A DNA stretch of 64,000 nt, from contig JAEWNB010000069.1 of the NCBI GenBank assembly GCA_023392945.1, forward strand, positions 3,375-67,374, in the 5' to 3' direction. The stretch is from Bacteroidota bacterium (GTDB taxonomy: Bacteria; Bacteroidota; Bacteroidia; Bacteroidales; WCHB1-69). Below are positions 56,659-64,000 of the stretch, one piece after another; position 1 is the first letter of the stretch; every line of letters starts with the position of its first letter. A program made the translations under genes and the position numbers. Under the pieces are notes generated by a model. The model was not told the origin of the DNA. It did not search any database and saw only the letters and a program-made list of their open reading frames with translations.

Positions 56659-57194
56659 TATTGGGTATCGATCCCGGAACTACGATTATGGGCTATGCTT
56701 TGCTGAAAGTCAATTTCAAAAAAACTGAAATGGTGGATTTGGGAGTGATTAAGATGTCCCGTTTACTTAATCAAAGTGAAAAACTAAAAAAAATATTTGA
56801 ATCCACTGTTGAGATAATTGAAAAATATCATCCCACTCTTTTAGCCATTGAAGCTCCTTTTTTTGGGAAAGATGCTCAGTCAATGCTTAAATTAGGACGT
56901 GCTCAGGGAGTGGTCATTGCTGCCTGCATCCACAATGGCATGGAGGTATCTGAATACTTGCCGCGCAAAATAAAACAATCGATAACCGGAAACGGAAATG
57001 CAACCAAAGAGCAAGTAGCTGCCATGCTTAAAAGAATGTATCCTATTCCGGAATGTTCAAATTATTATGATGCAACCGATGCTTTGGCTGTTGCAGTCTG
57101 TCATTTTCTACAAAATAAAATTACCATTGGCGGGCAAAAACTCAGTGGATGGGAAAGTTTTATTTCCAAAAATAGTGATAGAATTCTTCCTTAA
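56643..57194 (+). CDS. ruvC: Crossover junction endodeoxyribonuclease RuvC
   Basis: 183 aa with ILGIDPGTTIMGYAL, LAIEAPFFGKDAQSMLKLGRAQGV and DATDALAVAVCH. Confidence 0.93.
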   Translation: MEEQLILGIDPGTTIMGYALLKVNFKKTEMVDLGVIKMSRLLNQSEKLKKIFESTVEIIEKYHPTLLAIEAPFFGKDAQSMLKLGRAQGVVIAACIHNGMEVSEYLPRKIKQSITGNGNATKEQVAAMLKRMYPIPECSNYYDATDALAVAVCHFLQNKITIGGQKLSGWESFISKNSDRILP

Positions 57195-57670
57195 AAAGTA
57201 TATCTCACACTTGCGCAAGTAGCCCAGTCAAAAAACGGATAAGGTCCGCTTCTACTAAAGCTTGTCCCAAATCCGGGTCTTACATCTGCCTGTAAGGTTA
57301 AGGGAATTTTTGCAAATTTATATTCTATTCCGCCAATAGCATTAAGACCTAGCTTGAAAGCGAAATCTATATAATAATAGCCAAATCCTAAACTTGCCCC
57401 ACCCCCAACAAACCAGTACAGTCCAATATTCTTAATCTCTTTCTCAAACATCAAATTCGGGTTTAAGTCAAAAGTCCAATAATGTAAAAATTTAGTTCCA
57501 CAATCTACCTGAAGAGAAAAATCATCTAAAAGGAAAGTCTTATATGATACCCCATAATAGGATCCCACAACTCCTCCAATACTGTGTTTGTATGGAACTT
57601 GTGCCTGTAATGAAATCATAGAAGTTGTCATAATTGCCATAACAATAAGTAAAAAAGAAACTTTTTTCAT
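57191..57670 (-). CDS. Small outer-membrane beta-barrel protein
   Basis: 159 aa with a signal peptide (MKKVSFLLIVMAIMTTSMISLQA), alternating aromatic/Gly-rich strands and a C-terminal VRYTF with a terminal Phe. Confidence 0.7.
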   Translation of the reverse strand: MKKVSFLLIVMAIMTTSMISLQAQVPYKHSIGGVVGSYYGVSYKTFLLDDFSLQVDCGTKFLHYWTFDLNPNLMFEKEIKNIGLYWFVGGGASLGFGYYYIDFAFKLGLNAIGGIEYKFAKIPLTLQADVRPGFGTSFSRSGPYPFFDWATCASVRYTF

Positions 57671-57698
57671 CTTGATAAATTTTTAATTTGAATAAAAA

Positions 57699-58562
57699 TT
57701 AAAGTCTCTTTATAACTTTATGAGATTTAAATTTATTGTCCTTTTCAATAACTTTTAATCTCTTTTTCGTTTCCTCAGAAAAAAAAGAATCGGCAAACAT
57801 TTCTTCCATATATTCTATGGCATTGTCTCCCGGATGACAAAGATCCGAAGCATAAAAGCGATAATCCCGCAAATCATCCTGTATTATTTCATAAGAGGGA
57901 AAGTAGAATACTGTTTTATTGTCTACCATTTTATCAACTGCCAAATGCAAGATTGATTTGCTTAAGGTATTCTCATGAAAACCATCTCCCAAATGGCGCA
58001 CGGGACTGACAGTAAATAGTACTTTCATTTCAGGATTATGATCTATTATCCATTCAAACAAAAAATCAAAAGAAGTCACTATTTCTTCAGTATCAAGACG
58101 GATTTTTTCAAATTCACGTGCTGGAATCTTATGACAATTTGAAACAATAATATTATTTTTTTTGTGCAAATAAGCATAACTTGTTCCAAAAGTAATAAAA
58201 AGGAAATTGGTGTTTTTGAGAAAGAGGTTTGTGTTTTTAAGTTGATTTTCAATGTTTTCTAAAAAAAGCAATTTATCAGGATTGGAAAATTTTCCGTGAT
58301 GAGCAAAACTTATCCAATTTTCATCATAAAAAGAGTAAAAAGTATCATTAAATAAATCAGGATTGATTGCCATTTTAAGAGCATTGACAATAGATGCAGG
58401 ATTAAACAAAATGCCAAAAGGATTTGATAAAACAGGAAACCCGTTATTTTTCAAATAATTGCCAATATGGTCTGAAAAACAAGAACCCATGAAAATAGAT
58501 TTGCTTTCATATCCTACCAGAAAAGGATATTCAGGTCTTGGGATTTCCGTTCTGAATTTCAT
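57699..58562 (-). CDS. GSCFA-family protein (SGNH-hydrolase-like, function unknown)
   Basis: 287 aa with the N-terminal motif IFMGSCFSDHIG, the GSCFA signature. A 4-nt ATGA overlap joins it to the upstream helicase gene. Confidence 0.75.
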   Translation of the reverse strand: MKFRTEIPRPEYPFLVGYESKSIFMGSCFSDHIGNYLKNNGFPVLSNPFGILFNPASIVNALKMAINPDLFNDTFYSFYDENWISFAHHGKFSNPDKLLFLENIENQLKNTNLFLKNTNFLFITFGTSYAYLHKKNNIIVSNCHKIPAREFEKIRLDTEEIVTSFDFLFEWIIDHNPEMKVLFTVSPVRHLGDGFHENTLSKSILHLAVDKMVDNKTVFYFPSYEIIQDDLRDYRFYASDLCHPGDNAIEYMEEMFADSFFSEETKKRLKVIEKDNKFKSHKVIKRL

Positions 58563-60883
58563 TCTTTGGGTAAAATTAATTTTGCAAATTTAAGCAGCAA
58601 CGTTTTTTCTCCAACGGTATCAAATTTTATCACAGCTTTTTTATCCTGACCGGATCCTTCAGTACTTAATACATTGCCATATCCAAATTTAGCATGATAA
58701 ATTCTTAAAGAGGGAAAGATATCTTCTATCATGGCATCTTTTCCAAATGAGCTCGGAGCCTCCACAATCTTACTTTTTATAACCCGATTTGAATCCGTCA
58801 ACTTATTGATTGGAGTAAGGTTGTTTCTGTGGAAATTAAAATCCGAAGTTTGTCTTTCAAAGAATTCTTTTCCTGACGAAGCTTTGTGAGTTTGATTAAT
58901 AAATTGAACCGGAATTTCATCAATAAAGCGACTGTGTTCACAAAACTGAGGAGATCCATACTTATAGCGCATTTTGGAATGAGTAAGAGTTAATTGCTTC
59001 TTTGCACGGGTAATGGCAACATAAAAAAGACGACGTTCTTCTTCCAGTTCAGAGCGAGTTCCTAAAGAAAGGGATGAGGGAAAGAGATTTTCCTCCATTC
59101 CGGTAACAAAAACATAGTCAAATTCCAATCCTTTGGCAGAGTGAATTGTCATTAATTTCACTTTATCCTGATTTATATCCCCACTGTTATCAACATCAGT
59201 CAATAAAGCAATACTATCAATAAATCTATCTAATGAGGGAAAATAATCCTGAATTAATTCTCCTGTTTCTTCATTGAATTCACTTTCTGGTTCTCTTTCA
59301 GAAAACTCTTTCATTGAATCAAGAAGCCCTTCTACATTTTCTACTCTTTCCTTTTCTGTGATATCATCTTTTAAATCCTGCATTAAACCTGAGGTATAAG
59401 CAATATGCTTTCCCATCTCATAAGCATCTGTAGTAGTAATCATGGCTGAATAACCCTTGATACGCAGGGCAAAATCCTTAAGTTTTGCCTTAGTTGGCAC
59501 ATTAACATCCAAATTGTATTGGTCCGGATTTTCAATAATATTCCATATTCTTTGGTTGCTCTCGTTTGCCGTTACCAGAAGCTTGTCAATAGTGGTTGCG
59601 CCAATTCCACGTTGAGGGTAATTGATAATTCTAAGAAGTGATTCTTCATCATAGTGATTGATCGCTAAACGAAAATAGGCCAGGATGTTTTTTATCTCTT
59701 TTCTTTTATAAAAAGAGAGCCCTCCGTATATAACATAGGGAATATGTCGTTTTATCAAAGCTTCTTCCAATGCCCGCGACTGCGAATTTGTACGGTATAG
59801 AATTGCAAAATCGCTATTTTTGAGTTGATATGTAAATTTAAGTTCAAAAATAGTGCCCGCTACAAACTGAGCTTCATCTGAGTCGCTGTTTGATTGCACA
59901 ATTTTAATCTTATCACCTTCCCCATTTCCTGTCCATATTTCCTTATAAAGCTGATCTTTATTATTTTTGATGATGGCATTTGCGGCATTGACAATATTTT
60001 GAGTAGAACGATAATTTTGTTCAAGCTTTACGACTACCGCTTCAGGATAGTCTTTTTTAAAGCTCAGAATATTCTGGATGTTTGCACCGCGAAAGCCATA
60101 AATACTTTGGGCATCATCTCCCACAACACAAATATTATGATGTGCTGCAGCCAGCTTTTTGATGATGATATACTGAGCAAAATTTGTATCCTGATATTCA
60201 TCCACTAAAATATACTGAAAACGATTTTGGTATTTATAGAGCATCTCAGGAAAATCTCTGAGCAAAACATTCATGTAATAAAGCAAATCGTCAAAATCCA
60301 TCGCACTTGATTTCTTCAGTCGATTATCATAACGAATAAAAATATCCCCAATAAGTGGGCGCCCGCATCTCACATCAGCCTCGATAATTTCATGACTGCT
60401 TGCATATTCCTGAGCAGAAAGCAGATTGGATTTTGCAGCAGAAATCCTACTCAAAATAATATTTGCCATGTAAAGTTTAGGGTCAAGATTCAGTTCTTTA
60501 ACAATAGATTTAATCACCCCTTTTGAATCATCTGTATCATAAACGGTTAGATTTTTGGTATAACCAATTTTTTCACATTCCACTCTCAAAATCCTATAAA
60601 ATACAGAGTGAAATGTTCCCATAGTGACAGATTTTGCCTGAGCATCTCCCACAAGATTAAAAATTCGTTCCTTCATTTCATTTGCAGCCTTATTTGTAAA
60701 AGTAAGGGCCAATATTCGATAGGGGTTGATACCTTGAGTCAGCATGTGAGCAATTCTATAGGTAAGCACTCTGGTTTTTCCTGATCCGGCACCTGCAATC
60801 ACCATTAAAGGACCATCTATAATTTTAACAGCCTCTTGCTGAGAATCATTTAAGTGAGTTAAAAAAAAATTCGGGGAGTTCAT
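58559..60883 (-). CDS. uvrD: UvrD/PcrA/Rep-family ATP-dependent DNA helicase
   Basis: 774 aa with LNDSQQEAV, the Walker A motif AGAGSGKTRVLTYR, VDEYQDTNFAQY, LEQNYRST, TIHSAKGLEF and YVAITRAK. Confidence 0.93.
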   Translation of the reverse strand: MNSPNFFLTHLNDSQQEAVKIIDGPLMVIAGAGSGKTRVLTYRIAHMLTQGINPYRILALTFTNKAANEMKERIFNLVGDAQAKSVTMGTFHSVFYRILRVECEKIGYTKNLTVYDTDDSKGVIKSIVKELNLDPKLYMANIILSRISAAKSNLLSAQEYASSHEIIEADVRCGRPLIGDIFIRYDNRLKKSSAMDFDDLLYYMNVLLRDFPEMLYKYQNRFQYILVDEYQDTNFAQYIIIKKLAAAHHNICVVGDDAQSIYGFRGANIQNILSFKKDYPEAVVVKLEQNYRSTQNIVNAANAIIKNNKDQLYKEIWTGNGEGDKIKIVQSNSDSDEAQFVAGTIFELKFTYQLKNSDFAILYRTNSQSRALEEALIKRHIPYVIYGGLSFYKRKEIKNILAYFRLAINHYDEESLLRIINYPQRGIGATTIDKLLVTANESNQRIWNIIENPDQYNLDVNVPTKAKLKDFALRIKGYSAMITTTDAYEMGKHIAYTSGLMQDLKDDITEKERVENVEGLLDSMKEFSEREPESEFNEETGELIQDYFPSLDRFIDSIALLTDVDNSGDINQDKVKLMTIHSAKGLEFDYVFVTGMEENLFPSSLSLGTRSELEEERRLFYVAITRAKKQLTLTHSKMRYKYGSPQFCEHSRFIDEIPVQFINQTHKASSGKEFFERQTSDFNFHRNNLTPINKLTDSNRVIKSKIVEAPSSFGKDAMIEDIFPSLRIYHAKFGYGNVLSTEGSGQDKKAVIKFDTVGEKTLLLKFAKLILPKE

Positions 60884-60902
60884 ATAACGTTATTTAACGA
60901 AG

Positions 60903-60910
60903 CAAAAATA
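60903..60910 (-). promoter_or_regulatory. -7 box for the helicase-GSCFA operon
   Basis: The minus strand reads TATTTTTG, 19 nt upstream of the ATG at 60883. Confidence 0.4.
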
Positions 60911-61063
60911 GTCAAAAAAATCATTGATGACATTCTTGAAAAAAAGTTAATTATTTAATGATTTCTATTTACAATTGGCAAAATAAGTAAATTAATTTTA
61001 TTGTTGTTAACAGATTGTTGATAACTTTTTTATAAACAATATAAAAATTAACTATTAAATTAT

Positions 61064-61071
61064 TATTTTTG
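61064..61071 (+). promoter_or_regulatory. Orphan plus-strand -7 box pointing into the structured intergenic element
   Basis: TATTTTTG sits on the plus strand with no plus-strand ORF downstream. The long stem begins about 19 nt later. Confidence 0.35.
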
Positions 61072-61089
61072 TTGCGGCATATTTGTTCA

Positions 61090-61185
61090 ATATACACAGT
61101 AACCGGAACTATCCCACCTCAACACGTACAAATCTATCCCACCTCATTTTGGCAATTACTCGTTTCCATCCGGTTACTGGTATAT
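61090..61185. repeat. Long inverted repeat (17 bp, one bulged A) enclosing two 13-nt direct repeats; candidate small RNA or protein-binding element
   Basis: The arms are ATATACACAGTAACCGGA (61090-61107) and TCCGGTTACTGGTATAT (61169-61185). Inside, CTATCCCACCTCA occurs twice (61109-61121 and 61134-61146), 25 nt apart. Confidence 0.85.
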
Positions 61186-61196
61186 ATTTAAATAAA

Positions 61197-62294
61197 TCAT
61201 AATCTATAGATTTTCCCGGGTTTGCATTCCACCACTCCTTTTAATTCGAGTCCCAATAAGAGTCCGGCAACTTTGGAGGGAGTTAATTCATTACAACATT
61301 GAATAATTTCATCAACAGAAATATCTTGATGCATTTTAATGATTTTTACAATTTTTTCTTCGTTTTCATCCAGTTCAACAAAAAGCTCTCGTTGGACTGC
61401 TTTGGGAGGAGAAGAATTCCATCCCATCATTTCAATCAAATGTTCTCCCGAATTGAGCAGACAGGCAATATTGGAGCGAATCAACTCATGACATCCATCC
61501 TGAAGAGGGTTAAAGATTGAACCCGGAACAGCAAATACGTCTCTGTTATAAGAATGGGCCAGATAAGCCGTAATGACACTACCCCCTTTTTTGGCCGTTT
61601 CCACAACAATAGTAGCATCTGCCATTCCGGCAATAATACGATTTCTTTTAGGAAAATTAATCTTGTCGGGAATCATATCATGCGGAAATTCAGAAATAAT
61701 AGTTCCGCCATATTCAATAATGCGATTTGCCAGTTTGATATTTGAAGGTGGATATATAACCCCGAGTCCGGAGCCAAGAACTGCCACTGTATTCAAGCCG
61801 AAAGAGAGTGATTGTTCATGGGCCATAGTATCAATACCCATTGCCAGTCCACTTACCACAGAAATATCATATCCTGCTATTTCAGAAATTATTTTTTTCA
61901 CAATATCACACCCATAATCAGAGGCACTCCGTGTTCCAACCACCGCCACAACTTTTGATCTATTAAAAAACCCATCTCCTTTATAATAAAACATATATGG
62001 AAAATCATTACAATTTTTGAGTCTTTTGGGATAATTTTCATCCGTAAAAAAACAAAGATTAACCCCATGTTTCTCTATCCATTTATATTCTTTCTCTGCA
62101 AGAGAATAAATTTTATCGGTAAGAACAGGTTTAAGTAGGGTTTTTCCTAAAATGTTTTTTCTAAAAAAAGAATTAGGGGAAGTTGCAAAAAGTGATTGTG
62201 CACTGCCACAATGTTGGATCAATTTCTTTATTACTTTATTCCCTAAAGTATCTTGATATTGCAGCGCAATTCTGTAGAAGGTTTCGTCGAGCAT
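61197..62294 (-). CDS. dprA: DNA-processing protein DprA (Smf)
   Basis: The start is moved to the ATG at 62294 (MLDETFYRIALQY...). It has VAVVGTRSASDYG and GLAMGIDTMAHE, with a C-terminal winged-helix-like tail. Confidence 0.9.
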   Translation of the reverse strand: MLDETFYRIALQYQDTLGNKVIKKLIQHCGSAQSLFATSPNSFFRKNILGKTLLKPVLTDKIYSLAEKEYKWIEKHGVNLCFFTDENYPKRLKNCNDFPYMFYYKGDGFFNRSKVVAVVGTRSASDYGCDIVKKIISEIAGYDISVVSGLAMGIDTMAHEQSLSFGLNTVAVLGSGLGVIYPPSNIKLANRIIEYGGTIISEFPHDMIPDKINFPKRNRIIAGMADATIVVETAKKGGSVITAYLAHSYNRDVFAVPGSIFNPLQDGCHELIRSNIACLLNSGEHLIEMMGWNSSPPKAVQRELFVELDENEEKIVKIIKMHQDISVDEIIQCCNELTPSKVAGLLLGLELKGVVECKPGKIYRL

Positions 62295-62362
62295 TGTTAG
62301 TAATTTATTAGTGTTACAAAAATAACATTTATTTTGTATATTTGTACTCAAAGTTTATTAAG

Positions 62363-63094
62363 ATGGATTTGGCAATTGATATAGGTAACAGTTTCCATAA
62401 AGCGGCCCTTTTTTCTGAAGAAGGAGATATGGTATATTACAAATGTTTCAAGAATATAACTATTAATAATGTTATGGAATTTTTCGATTTTTTTAAAATC
62501 GAACGTTCTATTCTTTCCTCAGTAGGAAAAGAATATGATGAAATTAAAAAATATTTGCAGTCTAATAGCCACTATTTCCCCTTCTCATATAACTCCAAAC
62601 TACCCATATCAATAGAATATGAAAACCCTCAAACGCTTGGACTTGACAGAATTGCAAATGCCGTGGCCGCATATTCCAATTTCCCGGGCTACCATATTTT
62701 ATCTATCCAAGCGGGAAGTTGTCTTGTTTTTGATTTCATTACCAAAGAAGGCAACTATTTGGGAGGATCTATTTCACCCGGAATAGAAATGCGATTCAAA
62801 GCCCTGCATGAATTCACAAATCGCCTTCCGTTATTATCAAAAAAAGAAATTAATTATTTTATTGGACATTCTACACAACAATCTATTAAGAGTGGCGTTA
62901 TCAATGGGGTTATTTATGAAATTAACGGCTTTATCAGTAATTACAAAACAAACTATAGTGACCTAAAAATAGTTATCTCAGGAGGAGATTCAGATTACTT
63001 GCAAAATTCAATAAAAAATACGATATTTGTCGGCTCAAGTTTTATCCTCTGTGGATTACATAAAATATTGAAATTTAATGTTGAAAATAACTAA
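62363..63094 (+). CDS. coaX: Type III pantothenate kinase
   Basis: The start is moved to the ATG at 62363 (MDLAIDIGNSFHKAALF). It has GLDRIANAVAA and ISGGDS. Confidence 0.9.
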   Translation: MDLAIDIGNSFHKAALFSEEGDMVYYKCFKNITINNVMEFFDFFKIERSILSSVGKEYDEIKKYLQSNSHYFPFSYNSKLPISIEYENPQTLGLDRIANAVAAYSNFPGYHILSIQAGSCLVFDFITKEGNYLGGSISPGIEMRFKALHEFTNRLPLLSKKEINYFIGHSTQQSIKSGVINGVIYEINGFISNYKTNYSDLKIVISGGDSDYLQNSIKNTIFVGSSFILCGLHKILKFNVENN

Positions 63095-64000
63095 ACTTCT
63101 ATTCTTATTTATCATTTTGTCATCCATTTTTGTTCAAAAAGTGAATTCTCAAAATGAAATTAATTCTCCCTATTCGGGCTATGGTGTTGGATTGTTGACA
63201 AATATAACCAATGGGACAATGGCATCTATGGGGGGCGTTGGTTATGCTTTACAAAATCCTTTATATATAAATTTTAAAAACCCGGCATCTTATGTTGCTT
63301 TTGATTCTCTTTCATTTATTGCAGATGCTTCATTGTCTGTAATCAGTGGAAAATTAAAAACCACCACTTTGGCCCAAAGAACCTCCTATGCAAGAGCAAA
63401 TTATCTTATGATGGGATTGCCTGTTGTCAAGAACTGGCGTACCACTGTAGGAATTGTTCCTTTTAGTGACATGGGATACAAAGTATATGATGCATACGAA
63501 GACTATACTTACACTTATAATGGCGAGGGTGGGCTTATGCAACTTTTTTGGGGCAATGCTTTCAAAATATGGAAAGGCCTTTCTTTAGGAATCAATACTT
63601 CTTACATGTTTGGCACCCTTAGTTCAATCCGATATGTTGAATTCAATGGTGATAATTTTTATAATACCCGAATTGCACGTTCAATCTATGTTGATGGTAT
63701 CTATTTTTCCGCTGGACTACAGTATTTTCATACTATAAAAGAAAAACACAAGCTGGGAATAGGAATTGTATACGAAAACAGCGCCTATATTTGGGCCCGT
63801 GAAAATTTACTGATTAATTTTTACGAAGATGCATACAGCAGTACTAGAAGTTATGACACTGTCTTAAACAAGGTGGGGACAAAAGGGCGTCTTAAATTAC
63901 CTCAAACTATCGGTGCCGGATTATCCTATTGTTTTAAAGATAAACTTCTTGTTGGAATTGATCTATCCTGGCAAAATTGGTCTAAATATGAGTTAATGGG
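63078..64000 (+). CDS. Putative outer-membrane beta-barrel protein (FadL/PorV-like), N-terminal part; continues past the window end
   Basis: Own translation from the ATG at 63078: MLKITKLLFLFIILSSIFVQKVNSQNEINSPYSGYGVGLLTN...GIVPFSDMGYKVYD...GLSLGINTSYMFG. The frame has no stop up to position 64000, so it is absent from the ORF track. It overlaps the coaX end by 17 nt. Confidence 0.6.
   Translation, partial: MLKITKLLFLFIILSSIFVQKVNSQNEINSPYSGYGVGLLTNITNGTMASMGGVGYALQNPLYINFKNPASYVAFDSLSFIADASLSVISGKLKTTTLAQRTSYARANYLMMGLPVVKNWRTTVGIVPFSDMGYKVYDAYEDYTYTYNGEGGLMQLFWGNAFKIWKGLSLGINTSYMFGTLSSIRYVEFNGDNFYNTRIARSIYVDGIYFSAGLQYFHTIKEKHKLGIGIVYENSAYIWARENLLINFYEDAYSSTRSYDTVLNKVGTKGRLKLPQTIGAGLSYCFKDKLLVGIDLSWQNWSKYELM

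Noticed and set aside
60911-61063. Possible replication origin: an AT-rich spacer with one DnaA-box-like TTATCAACA
   Set aside because: There is only a single imperfect box and no cluster of boxes. No dnaA or dnaN gene is nearby, and the flanking genes are both on the minus strand with no strand switch.
61090-61185. Whether the long hairpin is simply the dprA intrinsic terminator, or an integron attC-like site
   Set aside because: On the minus strand the stem has a 61-nt loop and is not followed by a U-run. The arm sequences do not match the attC R'/R'' GTTRRRY core, and no integrase gene is present. It is therefore kept as an unexplained element in the findings.
62295-62362. Long starts for dprA (62351) and coaX (62342) that would make the divergent genes overlap
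   Set aside because: Internal ATGs at 62294 and 62363 give N-termini that match the family norms (MLDETFYRIAL and MDLAIDIGNS). They also leave a 68-nt divergent promoter region.
63354-63542. 62-aa minus-strand ORF
   Set aside because: It is nested antisense within the open plus-strand frame of the partial OMP gene that runs to the window end.
1-64000. CRISPR arrays, rRNA genes, transposases, integrases and phage genes
   Set aside because: I scanned all intergenic regions and the ORF translations. I found no spaced direct-repeat array, no rRNA-like conserved blocks and no DDE, tyrosine-recombinase or phage structural motifs. The window appears to be core chromosome.

Overview
The window is a visibly AT-rich chromosomal segment that I assign to Bacteroidota. 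The evidence is four proteins with T9SS C-terminal sorting domains (three type A, one type B gliding-motility CTD), many SpII lipoprotein signals, and a TAnnTTTG -7 promoter box in front of most transcription units. Most content is housekeeping: pnp, rpsO, rlmH, udk, der, yicC, metK, a DEAD-box helicase, corA, ruvC, a UvrD-type helicase, dprA, coaX and tRNA-Ser(GGA). This is interleaved with a dense set of envelope or secreted proteins: M16, M16C, C10, M64 and C69 peptidases, a fused TldD/PmbA protein, an L,D-transpeptidase, an ExbB/ExbD cluster and small beta-barrel OMPs. I found no rRNA, CRISPR array, transposase, integrase or prophage signature. The items most worth a second look are: (1) a clear cobalamin riboswitch driving only two surface-protein genes (a BtuG-like beta-propeller lipoprotein and a T9SS-sorted protein with a DUF4465-like region) with no transporter gene; (2) a promoter-preceded 17-bp stem enclosing two 13-nt CCCACCTC-containing direct repeats in the uvrD-dprA spacer, a candidate small RNA; (3) an exported single-chain TldD-PmbA fusion of 1151 aa; (4) an exbB-unknown-exbD-exbD cluster with no tonB, followed by a T9SS BNR-repeat cargo; (5) a His/Cys-rich small membrane protein upstream of a TonB-dependent receptor. 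All functional calls rest on motifs read by eye from the translations. No database search was run.
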